Assembly (NCBI GenBank): GCA_964528645.1
Contig: CAZGSR010000011.1
Span: forward strand, 405-64,404
Reading direction: 5' to 3'
DNA: 64,000 nt
DNA from: an uncultured Mageeibacillus sp.
GTDB lineage: Bacteria > Bacillota > Clostridia > Saccharofermentanales > UBA5734
Numbering within the stretch: position 1 is the stretch's first letter; each line of letters opens with the position of its first letter. Shown here in pieces: positions 8,565-17,299 of this stretch. The translations under genes were made by a program, and so were the position numbers. The notes under the pieces were generated by a model that was not told where the DNA came from, did no database searches, and saw only the letters and a program-made list of their open reading frames with translations.

Positions 8565-8611
8565 TCCAACGGTTTTCGCCCCCAAAGGGTATAAATTGGC
8601 TTTGAAAATCG

Positions 8612-8640
8612 ATAATAGACCCGATCGGGTCTATTATTCT
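8612..8640 (+). terminator. Hairpin after pstB
   Basis: A perfect palindromic stem AATAGACCCGATCGGGTCTATT (8614-8635) is followed by ATTCT. The U-tract is weak. Confidence 0.5.
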
Positions 8641-8752
8641 ACTATGAGTACGATTGGAAGCTATATTTAATCAGAACGAAAAAAGCAGGGTTGACGCAGG
8701 AGGAATTTGCCATGCGTTCAGGCCTTGGCTTGTGGTTTTCAGGGATGATTGC

Positions 8753-9289
8753 CTATAGCTTCTTCTCCATGGTCAGGCCAATCAGAGCCACTCCCCAGTC
8801 CCTGATCTCGTAGCGCTCCATTTCGACAAATCCGGCATTCTGATACATCCGGACAGCCTGTACCTGCTCGGTCGTCGTTTCCAGATAGATTGTGTCAAAA
8901 GGCCCACTGGCCGCATATGCCAGGGCCTTTTGAAACAGCTGCTTGCCCAGGCCGAACCGCCGGTATTCTGGCGCGACCAGCAACCATCTGAATTGGCAGA
9001 CCCCTGCGCCGCGGTCTATGATCGCCGCCGATCCGACCAATTCGCCATTGACTTCAGCCAGCCAGTAGCGATCCAGCGAGGTCTCCTTTTTGGTCAGTAC
9101 TTCAAATAGGGTATGGCAGACATAGCCTTCGAAAACCTGGTTGTAGCCGCATTCGTTTTTATAGATGATGCCGTGCATCGCGATCATGCGTCCGGCATCC
9201 CCGGCATCGAGCGGATTCTTGACCGTGATGGTGATGCGATCCGGTGACTCGGTTTTGGCGTGATCCAGTTGGCAGTTTTCCGTATTCAT
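8753..9289 (-). CDS. GNAT-family N-acetyltransferase
   Basis: The ATG at 9289 follows GAGGAA. The acetyl-CoA binding core is QFRWLLVAPEYRRFGLGKQLFQKAL. Confidence 0.8.
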   Translation of the reverse strand: MNTENCQLDHAKTESPDRITITVKNPLDAGDAGRMIAMHGIIYKNECGYNQVFEGYVCHTLFEVLTKKETSLDRYWLAEVNGELVGSAAIIDRGAGVCQFRWLLVAPEYRRFGLGKQLFQKALAYAASGPFDTIYLETTTEQVQAVRMYQNAGFVEMERYEIRDWGVALIGLTMEKKL

Positions 9290-9463
9290 GGGTTCCTCGC
9301 TGTGGGCAAACACTTTTGCTTGATTTTAGCAACTTCTGCATCGGCTGCCTATCCGCGAACCTTTAGATCACCATATCATTTGTCAAAAGATCCCTGTTTT
9401 GAGATAATAGACGAGAATATTTGATAAATTTGAAAATCTGTGCGTCTAGCAACCGAGGTGGAC

Positions 9464-10198
9464 ATGAAAAAACTCTGCGACGTCTTGTCTGATACCCCGC
9501 TCTTCAGTGGTCTGACCCACGAGCTTTTCCATAGCTACTGCAACAAGACCACCATCCGCCTCGTCTGGAAGGGGGAGGTCCTTTTTAATGAGGGTGACCC
9601 CTGCACGGGGATCGGCATGATCATGGAAGGTCAGCTGGCGATGCAGAAGTATTCGAGCTCGGGTGATTTCGCCACGATCGAGCTGCTTGGTCCGGGTGAT
9701 ATTTTTGGTGAGTACATGATTTTCGGTACGCGCAAGAACTACACCGTGACGATCGAAGCCGTGACCAATTCCAAGATCATCTTCATCACCCGTGAGATGC
9801 TGATGTCGATCCTGTCCCAGAGCCCTGGCGTGATGAATAACTTCCTGACCATCCTCTCGGACCGGATCCAGGCCCAGAACCGGCGCATTTCCCTGCTTTC
9901 GCAGAAGAGCCTGCGCCAGAAAATTGCCAACTATTTACTGGAATTACTGCGCGACCAGCTGGAAAAAGAAGGGGAGAGCCCCAAGACGATCCGCAAGACG
10001 GTCTCGACCCAGGCGGTCGAACTGCCAGTCTCCAAGGAAGTCGTCTCCCGCCTCCTGGCTATGCCGCGGCCGTCTTTTTCCCGTGAGCTGATCAGCATGG
10101 AGCGCGACGGCCTGATCCGGGTCAGTGGCCGTGTGATCTGGCTCCTGGACCTCGATGGCCTGGAAAAAGGTGTGATCGAAGGCTTCCAGGCACCTTGA
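9464..10198 (+). CDS. Crp/Fnr-family transcriptional regulator
   Basis: The ATG at 9464 follows GAGGTGG. It has an N-terminal cNMP-binding-type barrel (GDPCTGIGMIMEGQLAM, GPGDIFGE) and a C-terminal HTH (SKEVVSRLLAMPRPSFSRELISMERDGLI). Confidence 0.8.
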   Translation: MKKLCDVLSDTPLFSGLTHELFHSYCNKTTIRLVWKGEVLFNEGDPCTGIGMIMEGQLAMQKYSSSGDFATIELLGPGDIFGEYMIFGTRKNYTVTIEAVTNSKIIFITREMLMSILSQSPGVMNNFLTILSDRIQAQNRRISLLSQKSLRQKIANYLLELLRDQLEKEGESPKTIRKTVSTQAVELPVSKEVVSRLLAMPRPSFSRELISMERDGLIRVSGRVIWLLDLDGLEKGVIEGFQAP

Positions 10199-10325
10199 TG
10201 TTGCGGAGGACACCACCATTTTAAATACCGGCGACATCATAACAGATCTGGGCCAATTTGCCCGCAGCCTGTTCAGCGACCTGACCAGTGGGCTGCTCTT
10301 TTTTGGCGGCCCGGTCGACATCCTG

Positions 10326-11738
10326 ATGGCTGTTCTCGACATCATTGCCACCTCGCTGGTCGTCTACTACATCCTCAAGCTGCTCCGTGACACACGGGCC
10401 TGGCAATTGCTCAAGGGTCTGGCGATGATCATCGGCTTCGCCCTGGTCTGCAGCCTGTTGGGTCTGACAACGGTCGGATTCCTTTTGAACAACACCATCT
10501 CGGTCTTTGCCATCGCTTTTGTCGTTATTTTCCAGCCGGAACTGCGCCGGGCCCTGGAAACAGTTGGCCGCAGCAGTTTTTCGGTGCTGTCCACGGCTCT
10601 GGCCAGTGACGATACCGAACAGACGACTCGCACCGTCCACCACATGATCGAATCGATCGTCCGGGCCTGTGACAAAATGGCTGCCACACGAACCGGAGCC
10701 CTGATCATCATCGAACGCCAGACGAAACTCGGCGAGTTCATCGAGCAGGAAAATGCCGTCCAGCTCGATGCGGCTGTTTCTGCCACCATGTTGCAACAGA
10801 TTTTCTACAAGGGCTCACCCCTGCACGATGGCGCTGTGGTTATCCGCGATGGCCGCATCAGCGCCGCCCGGGTCCATGTCCCGCTTTCAGATAATTACCA
10901 TTTGCGTCGGGATTATGGCACGCGCCACCGTGCTGCGATCGGCGCCAGCGAGATCGGTGATACCTTGGCTGTTGTCGTTTCCGAAGAAAGAGGCAGCATC
11001 AGTCTGGCGATCGAAGGACGCCTGTTCATCCTTGACAATGCGGATGCCCTGCGCTCTTTGCTGCATAAAATGCTGGGAGCGCCACGCCAGGGTAGCACCT
11101 GGACAGGTATTTTCCGGCCCCGCCGCGATGAGCCGGTAGCCACAACTGTGAAAAACCAGGCTAAGGCAGCTGCTGCCGTTGCCCAGACCTCAGCCGAATC
11201 CGCGCGTGCGATTATTGAATCGCAAAAGAATCGCCAGGAGAAAACGGATGGCCCGGAACAGGAAAGCGTCAGTGCCCCTGCCAGATCGCGCCTGCGCTGG
11301 CCGATTCGGATCGGACGCCAAAGGGACGCGGTCGACCGGCCTAAAATGCCGCGCCGCCAGCGGATTTTGACCGCGCTGGCATCCCTGGTGATTGCGATTG
11401 CTATCTGGCTCTATGTCCAGGTCACCATTAATCCAGTTATCAGCCGGACCTTCTCAACCCAGGTTTCCTACCGAGGGGTCGAGACCGCCAAGTCCAACGG
11501 CTACATCGTCCAGATGCCATTAGAGTCGATCCAGATCACCTTGATGGGCCGCCAGCGAACCATCAATGACTTGTCGGTCAATGACATCAATGCCTACATC
11601 GATTTATCTGGTCTGACTCAGACTGGCTTGCAATCCCTCCCGGTCGCGGTCGATACGTCATCGCTCAGTTACACACGCTCGACTTTTGTCACGCCTTCAA
11701 CCATCACGGTCAGTGTACGGGCGGTAGAGGGCAACTGA
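10326..11738 (+). CDS. cdaA: Diadenylate cyclase CdaA fused in frame to a TM helix plus a single YbbR-like (CdaR-type) domain
   Basis: It has three N-terminal TM segments. The DAC motifs PLHDGAVVI (DGA) and GTRHRAAIG (RHR) are present. After about residue 250 comes a low-complexity linker, then MPRRQRILTALASLVIAIAIWLYV (internal ATG at 11346) and a ~100-aa YbbR-like beta domain. No stop codon separates the two parts. Confidence 0.8.
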   Translation: MAVLDIIATSLVVYYILKLLRDTRAWQLLKGLAMIIGFALVCSLLGLTTVGFLLNNTISVFAIAFVVIFQPELRRALETVGRSSFSVLSTALASDDTEQTTRTVHHMIESIVRACDKMAATRTGALIIIERQTKLGEFIEQENAVQLDAAVSATMLQQIFYKGSPLHDGAVVIRDGRISAARVHVPLSDNYHLRRDYGTRHRAAIGASEIGDTLAVVVSEERGSISLAIEGRLFILDNADALRSLLHKMLGAPRQGSTWTGIFRPRRDEPVATTVKNQAKAAAAVAQTSAESARAIIESQKNRQEKTDGPEQESVSAPARSRLRWPIRIGRQRDAVDRPKMPRRQRILTALASLVIAIAIWLYVQVTINPVISRTFSTQVSYRGVETAKSNGYIVQMPLESIQITLMGRQRTINDLSVNDINAYIDLSGLTQTGLQSLPVAVDTSSLSYTRSTFVTPSTITVSVRAVEGN

Positions 11739-11824
11739 TCCTGGTGGATGCCTTGTTACCTGTTTGTAATATCCAAGAAATATCTGCGTCATCTGCGTGA
11801 CGCATAACTGACTGATTTGTCTAA

Positions 11825-11853
11825 TATTTGTAATAATACCCCTGTGCTATAAT
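11825..11853 (+). promoter_or_regulatory. Putative extended -10 promoter upstream of glmM
   Basis: TG-C-TATAAT lies at 11845-11853 with a weak -35 (TATTTG) 17 nt upstream. It is 43 nt before the glmM start. Confidence 0.4.
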
Positions 11854-11895
11854 GAAAAACCGAACAGATAAGATTTTCTGGATCGAGGAGTTTTT

Positions 11896-13251
11896 ATGAG
11901 TCGTTTATTCGGAACCGATGGTGTCCGTGGTGTGGCCAATAAAGAATTGACACCGGACCTGGCTTTCAAACTAGGCTGGGCCGGGGCCAAAGTCCTGGCT
12001 GGCGAGACATTGCACAAACCTGTCATCCTGGTTGGCCTCGACACACGCATTTCCTGCGACATGCTGGAATCTGCCCTGGTGGCTGGTATCTGCTCAGCAG
12101 GAGCCGATGCCATGGTTTGTGGCGTGATCCCGACGCCGGGCATCGCCTATCTGACCCGCAAGTACAAATGTGACGCCGGCGTCATGATCTCGGCATCGCA
12201 CAACTCGTATGAATACAATGGGATCAAGTTCTTCAGCAACAACGGCTACAAACTGCCCGATGACACTGAGGATCAGATCGAAAACCTGATCAAAGGTTAC
12301 GATGAGTATGCGGCTGACCGGCCGATCGATGGTCAGCTGGGCCGCCGGATTGTCAAATCAACCGCGACCCATGACTACGCTGAGTACCTCAAACGCCGTA
12401 TGGCCGTGGACCTCAGTGGATTGAAGGTTGCCCTGGACTGTGCCAATGGCGCCTGTGCCCACATCGCTCCGGACTTATTTTCGGATCTGGGTGCAGAGGT
12501 CCTGACCATCGGCGTCGCGCCCAGTGGCACCAACATCAACGATGGCTGTGGTTCGACCCATCTTGACGGTCTGCGCCAGTTGGTCCGGCGCGAGGGCTGC
12601 GACATCGGTATCGCCTTTGACGGTGACGCTGACCGCATGCTGGCGATTGATGAAACGGGTGATCCCGTCGATGGCGATGTGATCATGGCCATCGTTGCCC
12701 TCGACATGATGCACAGCGGCCAGCTACGCGACAACACCCTAGTCGTCACGGTCATGAGCAACCTGGGTCTGGACATCATGGCGCAGGAAAAAGGCCTCAA
12801 TCTGGTCAAGACCAAGGTCGGTGACCGCTATGTGCTCGAGGAGATGCTCAAGTCCGGCTACAGCCTGGGTGGTGAGCAGTCAGGACACATCATCCTGCTC
12901 GAGCATTCGACAACTGGCGACGGCATGCTCAGTGCCCTGCGTCTGCTCCGGGCTCTGACCGAGCGCGGCGAGAAGCTGGGTCAGGCCAGGAAAGTCATGC
13001 AAGTCCTGCCCCAAGTCCTGAAAAGCGCCCGCATTCCCAATGAGAAAAAGGCCCGGGCCATGGAGGACGCGGATGTGCTTGAGGCTTGTGCCAAAATGGA
13101 GAAACAGCTCGCCGGCAAGGGCCGGATTCTGGTCCGCGCGTCGGGCACCGAACCGATCATCCGGGTCATGATCGAGGGCCAAAATATTGATGAGATCAAC
13201 CACATGGCCGACCAGCTCACCGCCCTGATCGTGAGCCGCTACGGTATCTGA
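11896..13251 (+). CDS. glmM: Phosphoglucosamine mutase GlmM
   Basis: It begins MSRLFGTDGVRGVAN, has the phosphoserine loop SASHNSYEYNGIKFF and the motifs GDGDADR and GGEQSGH. It sits in the conserved position after cdaA/cdaR. Confidence 0.95.
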   Translation: MSRLFGTDGVRGVANKELTPDLAFKLGWAGAKVLAGETLHKPVILVGLDTRISCDMLESALVAGICSAGADAMVCGVIPTPGIAYLTRKYKCDAGVMISASHNSYEYNGIKFFSNNGYKLPDDTEDQIENLIKGYDEYAADRPIDGQLGRRIVKSTATHDYAEYLKRRMAVDLSGLKVALDCANGACAHIAPDLFSDLGAEVLTIGVAPSGTNINDGCGSTHLDGLRQLVRREGCDIGIAFDGDADRMLAIDETGDPVDGDVIMAIVALDMMHSGQLRDNTLVVTVMSNLGLDIMAQEKGLNLVKTKVGDRYVLEEMLKSGYSLGGEQSGHIILLEHSTTGDGMLSALRLLRALTERGEKLGQARKVMQVLPQVLKSARIPNEKKARAMEDADVLEACAKMEKQLAGKGRILVRASGTEPIIRVMIEGQNIDEINHMADQLTALIVSRYGI

Positions 13252-13263
13252 GGAGGAACGCTT

Positions 13264-15111
13264 ATGTGTGGAATTGTCGGCTATATCGGTTCTGAACCGG
13301 TCCTGCCTGTGCTGCTGGATGGCCTGGGCCGCCTGGAGTATCGTGGCTATGACTCGGCGGGTGTCGCATTCATCGAAAACGGCCAGATTGATGTCCAGAA
13401 GAAAAAGGGACGCATCCTGAACTTGCGCGAAAAACTGGAAGACGCAGGTCTTCTGGCTCGCCAGGACATTCATATCGGGATCGGTCATACGCGCTGGGCA
13501 ACCCATGGTGCACCGAGCGACGAGAATTCCCATCCGCATGTGTCGGCTTCGGGCCGGATTGCAGTCGTCCACAACGGCATCATTGAAAATTACCTCGAAC
13601 TCAAGTACTTCCTCCAGGACCAGGGGTTCGAATTTGCTTCCGAAACCGATACGGAAGTCGTCGCCCATCTGCTCGAATACCATTATGAGGAAGACGCCGG
13701 TCAGGACATTCTCGAGGCTGTGCGCCGGACTTTGTCTGACTTGGAGGGTTCCTATGCGCTGGGGGTCCTCTGTGCCGATGATCCGGAACAATTCATCGCC
13801 GCCCGCAAGGACAGTCCCCTAGTTCTCGGCATTGGGGATCATTGCAACTTCATTGCCTCCGATATTCCAGCCATTCTGAGCCACACCCGGAAAATCATCA
13901 TCATGGAAGACCGCGAGGTTGCCCGCTTGACCAAGGAGTCCATCGAGCTGTTTGATGCTTTTGGCCAGCCGCTCGAGCGCGAACCGCTCCTCGTGACCTG
14001 GGACAGTGAAGCAGCGGAAAAAGGCGGATTTGAGCATTTCATGATGAAGGAAATGCACGAAGAACCACGTGCCGTGCGCGACACGGTGCTGCCGCGCATT
14101 CGCGATAACCGGATCCGCTTTGAAAATTTCCAGATGGACCGGTCGGCTCTGGAAAACCTGGACCGCATCCGGATCGTGGCCTGCGGTACGGCGGCCCATG
14201 CTGGTATTGTCGGCAAGTATGTCATCGAAGCGCTCTGCCGGATCCCGGTCGAAGTCGATGTCGCTTCTGAATTCCGCTACCGAAACCCGATCATCACCGG
14301 GCAAACGCTGACGATCATCATCAGCCAGTCCGGCGAAACGCTTGATACCCTGGCCGCGATGCGCGAAGCCAAGCGACTCGGCTCGCAAATCCTGGCCATC
14401 GTCAATGTCGTCGGCAGCTCGATTGCCCGTGAAGCGGACCACGTCATCTATACGGCCGCCGGTCCGGAAATCGCAGTTGCCTCGACCAAGGCCTACAACA
14501 CGCAGCTGGCCGCCCTCTATTTGCTGGCCTTCCAGATGGCCCATACGCTGGGACGGATCGATGACACCGAGCTGGCGGACTACCTCACGAAATTATCGGA
14601 CCTGCCTGCCTTGCTCGAGACGACGCTGGCCCATCAGGATGATATCCAGCGTTTTGCCGCGGCCCATTTCAATGCCCACAGCATCTTTTTTATCGGCCGA
14701 GGCCTGGACTATGCCCTGTCGATGGAAGCCTCCCTCAAGCTCAAGGAAATTTCCTACATCCACTCGGAAGCGTATGCCGGCGGTGAGCTCAAGCATGGCA
14801 CGATTGCCCTGATCGAAGAGGGGACGCTGGTGGTCTGCCCGATGACCCAGCCGCAACTGGTGGAAAAAATGATCAGCAACATCCGTGAGGTCAAGGCGCG
14901 TGGTGCCGTCATCCTGGGCATCCTGACACCCGATTGCATGCGGGCGGCCGAGGTTTGTGACCAGGTGATCGAACTGCCCCAGATCGATCCGTTGCTGGCG
15001 CCCGTGATCGCGGTAACCCCGACCCAGCTGTTTGCCTATTACATGACCGTCAACAAAGGCTTTGACGTCGACAAACCGAGAAACCTGGCCAAAAGCGTGA
15101 CTGTCGAGTAA
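13264..15111 (+). CDS. glmS: Glutamine--fructose-6-phosphate aminotransferase GlmS
   Basis: It has the MCGIVGYIG N-terminal nucleophile Cys and two SIS domains (SQSGETLDT), and ends KSVTVE. GGAGGA lies 6 nt before the ATG, and only 12 nt separate it from the glmM stop. Confidence 0.95.
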   Translation: MCGIVGYIGSEPVLPVLLDGLGRLEYRGYDSAGVAFIENGQIDVQKKKGRILNLREKLEDAGLLARQDIHIGIGHTRWATHGAPSDENSHPHVSASGRIAVVHNGIIENYLELKYFLQDQGFEFASETDTEVVAHLLEYHYEEDAGQDILEAVRRTLSDLEGSYALGVLCADDPEQFIAARKDSPLVLGIGDHCNFIASDIPAILSHTRKIIIMEDREVARLTKESIELFDAFGQPLEREPLLVTWDSEAAEKGGFEHFMMKEMHEEPRAVRDTVLPRIRDNRIRFENFQMDRSALENLDRIRIVACGTAAHAGIVGKYVIEALCRIPVEVDVASEFRYRNPIITGQTLTIIISQSGETLDTLAAMREAKRLGSQILAIVNVVGSSIAREADHVIYTAAGPEIAVASTKAYNTQLAALYLLAFQMAHTLGRIDDTELADYLTKLSDLPALLETTLAHQDDIQRFAAAHFNAHSIFFIGRGLDYALSMEASLKLKEISYIHSEAYAGGELKHGTIALIEEGTLVVCPMTQPQLVEKMISNIREVKARGAVILGILTPDCMRAAEVCDQVIELPQIDPLLAPVIAVTPTQLFAYYMTVNKGFDVDKPRNLAKSVTVE

Positions 15112-15161
15112 CACAGTCACTCAACCATCTGGCGGGTCACTCCATTTTCTGAACCAAAAAA

Positions 15162-15204
15162 CCGCCCGTTTCTTCTCGTGGTGCTTGCACGAAAGAGCGG
15201 GCGG
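15162..15204. terminator. Long imperfect hairpin between convergent glmS and marR-family genes
   Basis: CCGCCCG (15162-15168) pairs with CGGGCGG (15198-15204), with further inner pairing (CGTG/CACG). An A6 run lies on the plus-strand 5' side, giving a T-tract for the minus-strand gene. Confidence 0.55.
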
Positions 15205-15249
15205 CTTGGTAGTTCTGGACTGATTTGAATGGATGTCAGGACGAGTCGT

Positions 15250-15747
15250 TTACTCAGCTGATTTACGGCGGCGAGTTGGCTTAATCGGCTCTTTGTCCGG
15301 GTCGTAGTCGGCCAGATTGGCCCGCATGCGGTCGAAAAAGGCATTGACCTGGGAGAGTTCTTCTTTGCTGAATCCATTGAACATCCGGGAGTTGATGGTG
15401 CTGAAGATCTCCTCACAGACGCGGGCGGCTTTCTTGCCTTCGTCGGTCAGTTCGATCTGATTGTAGCGGTTATCTTTTTCATTGATGGTTTTGGTGATCA
15501 TGCCACCCTTTTCCAGACGTTTGACTGAGACAGCGATCGATGGGGTCGTAACGTTGAGTGCTTCGGCTAATTCGGTCTGCGAACAGACGCCCTGTTGCTT
15601 CAAGGTCAGAAGCAGGGCGGGCTGGCCGATATATAGGCCGCGCGACATTGCGACGCGATACAGACGGCTGCGATGGAGCTGTGTCAGTTTCTTGAAATTT
15701 TCTTCGGCTGAAAAAGGACCAGATTGACTTTCCTTGGCTGATTCCAT
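15250..15747 (-). CDS. MarR-family transcriptional regulator
   Basis: The 165-aa protein has the winged-HTH core LLLTLKQQGVCSQTELAEALNVTTPSIAVSVKRLEKGGMITK followed by DNRYNQIELTDEGKK. Confidence 0.85.
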   Translation of the reverse strand: MESAKESQSGPFSAEENFKKLTQLHRSRLYRVAMSRGLYIGQPALLLTLKQQGVCSQTELAEALNVTTPSIAVSVKRLEKGGMITKTINEKDNRYNQIELTDEGKKAARVCEEIFSTINSRMFNGFSKEELSQVNAFFDRMRANLADYDPDKEPIKPTRRRKSAE

Positions 15748-15934
15748 GTTTCGTGTTCCTTTCTTGATTTTTACGAGTTCATCGCCTATGCTTTGGAGGG
15801 ACTGGGATACTTCCTTATCTGCTTAATGCCAAGTTTGGGTAAATTCTTGGGCATGTTGCAACAAATAGGTGGGTAATAGATCACGATTTCGCTATTTTAT
15901 GCTAGACAATTAAATGGGTTCTGTCAAGGATTTT

Positions 15935-15942
15935 TGTATAAT
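15935..15942 (+). promoter_or_regulatory. Extended -10 element (TGTATAAT) upstream of the amidase gene
   Basis: TGTATAAT lies at 15935-15942, about 50-90 nt before the candidate starts at 15995 and 16028. There is no clear -35. Confidence 0.3.
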
Positions 15943-15994
15943 AAATGAGCGGAAAATTTCGAAAAGATGCGATAATGAACATTTGACCATTTAA

Positions 15995-17254
15995 ATGTCA
16001 CATGGGTTACATTTTAACGGAGGTGCTGTGTCGCGACAACGATCCAGATTGATATTAACCATCCTGATGCTGGTCAGTGTCCTGACGGTTTTTCTGTCGC
16101 TGGCTGGCTTTCTGCCGGAGGATGGCACGGCCCAGAGGCTGGGTTGGATCGCAGGTGATGATTTCGGTAACGAACAGGGATCTGATAACAATCAGAATGA
16201 AGTGGGCGGTCCTTCAGATCCAGGCCAGCAGCTGCCGTCAGTCACACCCGGGGATGGTGATTTGGCCGAGTTCCCCGTGGCGGAGATGGTTTCCCAGGAT
16301 GATCCAGCCGGACAACTAGAGAGCTGGCCGCTGGAATCCTCGATCGAACGGATTCGCACGGTCGACTTATCCGACTGGAAGGGGCGTGCCCTGGATGCCA
16401 GCGCGCTGTCCGGGATCACGATTTTCCTGGACCCGGGCCATGGTGGCCAGGATACCGGGGCACTCTATCCTGCCCACTCAACAGATCCAATTGCCACTGA
16501 ATCTGTGATTAACCTCGCCATTGCCCAGAAAACAAAGACTGAACTGGAGGCAATGGGTGCTACGGTTTTCCTGATCCGTGATACGGACGTCTGGCAATCG
16601 ATTTTCTACCGCATCGCCTGGACTGGGCGCTATCTGGCACAGCAGTTTCTGACCGAGCTGTCAGATGCTGGATACCAGTCTGACAGGATCGAGGCACTGA
16701 TCCCGCTTCTCGATCAGGTGATGCAGGTCAATAGCGACAGCGAGTCGTCCGGTGGCCGCGGACTGATGAGAGGGGAGGGTGCCAGTGAGGAACTGCGCCT
16801 GCTGCTGGATCTCCAGGCCCAATACGAAGACGCTCTCTATCTGTCAATCCATTGCAATGCCCTGGATGATGATTCCAGCGTCAGAGGATTGCAGGTCTAT
16901 TATCTGACCGGGGCTACTGCTTACGCCAGGGAAAATGAGCTTGCCGTCGACAGGGGCTTGGCAAATGCCGCGCCAGTCTATAGGATGTACCAGGATGAGT
17001 TGCGCCGGCGCTTGGCTGGACTGGTGCATGAATCCGTCCTGGAACGGTTGCCTTCGCTGAAATACGACGGGCAGAAAAGCCTGGTCGATGAGAACTATGC
17101 TGTTTTGCGCGAATTGAATCTAACCAGTGTCCTGATCGAACTGGGATTCATCTCCAATGTTCAGGATCGCAACTTGCTCACAGATGCAGCCAGTCAGAAA
17201 CAGATGGCACAAGGCATTGCCGAAGCCGTCTACCACTACTATTGCTTGCCATGA
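15995..17254 (+). CDS. N-acetylmuramoyl-L-alanine amidase (Amidase_3 type), membrane anchored
   Basis: It has an N-terminal TM segment LILTILMLVSVLTVFLSLAGF, the motif ITIFLDPGHGGQDTGA, and the later motifs LSIHCNA and IELGFISN. The GTG at 16028 behind GGAGG is an alternative start. Confidence 0.85.
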   Translation: MSHGLHFNGGAVSRQRSRLILTILMLVSVLTVFLSLAGFLPEDGTAQRLGWIAGDDFGNEQGSDNNQNEVGGPSDPGQQLPSVTPGDGDLAEFPVAEMVSQDDPAGQLESWPLESSIERIRTVDLSDWKGRALDASALSGITIFLDPGHGGQDTGALYPAHSTDPIATESVINLAIAQKTKTELEAMGATVFLIRDTDVWQSIFYRIAWTGRYLAQQFLTELSDAGYQSDRIEALIPLLDQVMQVNSDSESSGGRGLMRGEGASEELRLLLDLQAQYEDALYLSIHCNALDDDSSVRGLQVYYLTGATAYARENELAVDRGLANAAPVYRMYQDELRRRLAGLVHESVLERLPSLKYDGQKSLVDENYAVLRELNLTSVLIELGFISNVQDRNLLTDAASQKQMAQGIAEAVYHYYCLP

Positions 17255-17299
17255 GGCAACAAATATGCCTGCCGTGACGGCAGGGAGGAGTCTATAGCC

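Noticed and set aside
8565-8752. phoU missing after pstB.
   Set aside because: Absence within a window is not evidence of absence in the genome, because phoU is often unlinked. It is mentioned only as context for the degenerate PstB finding.
10200-10325. An upstream extension of cdaA using a non-AUG start (ATT at 10218, 7 nt after GGAGGA).
   Set aside because: The frame is open, and the added residues (ILNTGDIITDLGQFARSLFSDLTSGLLFFGGPVDIL) could be a longer N-terminus. However, ATT starts are very rare, and the ATG at 10326 already gives a CdaA-like first TM helix. I left it as the ATG call. N-terminal proteomics or Ribo-seq would decide.
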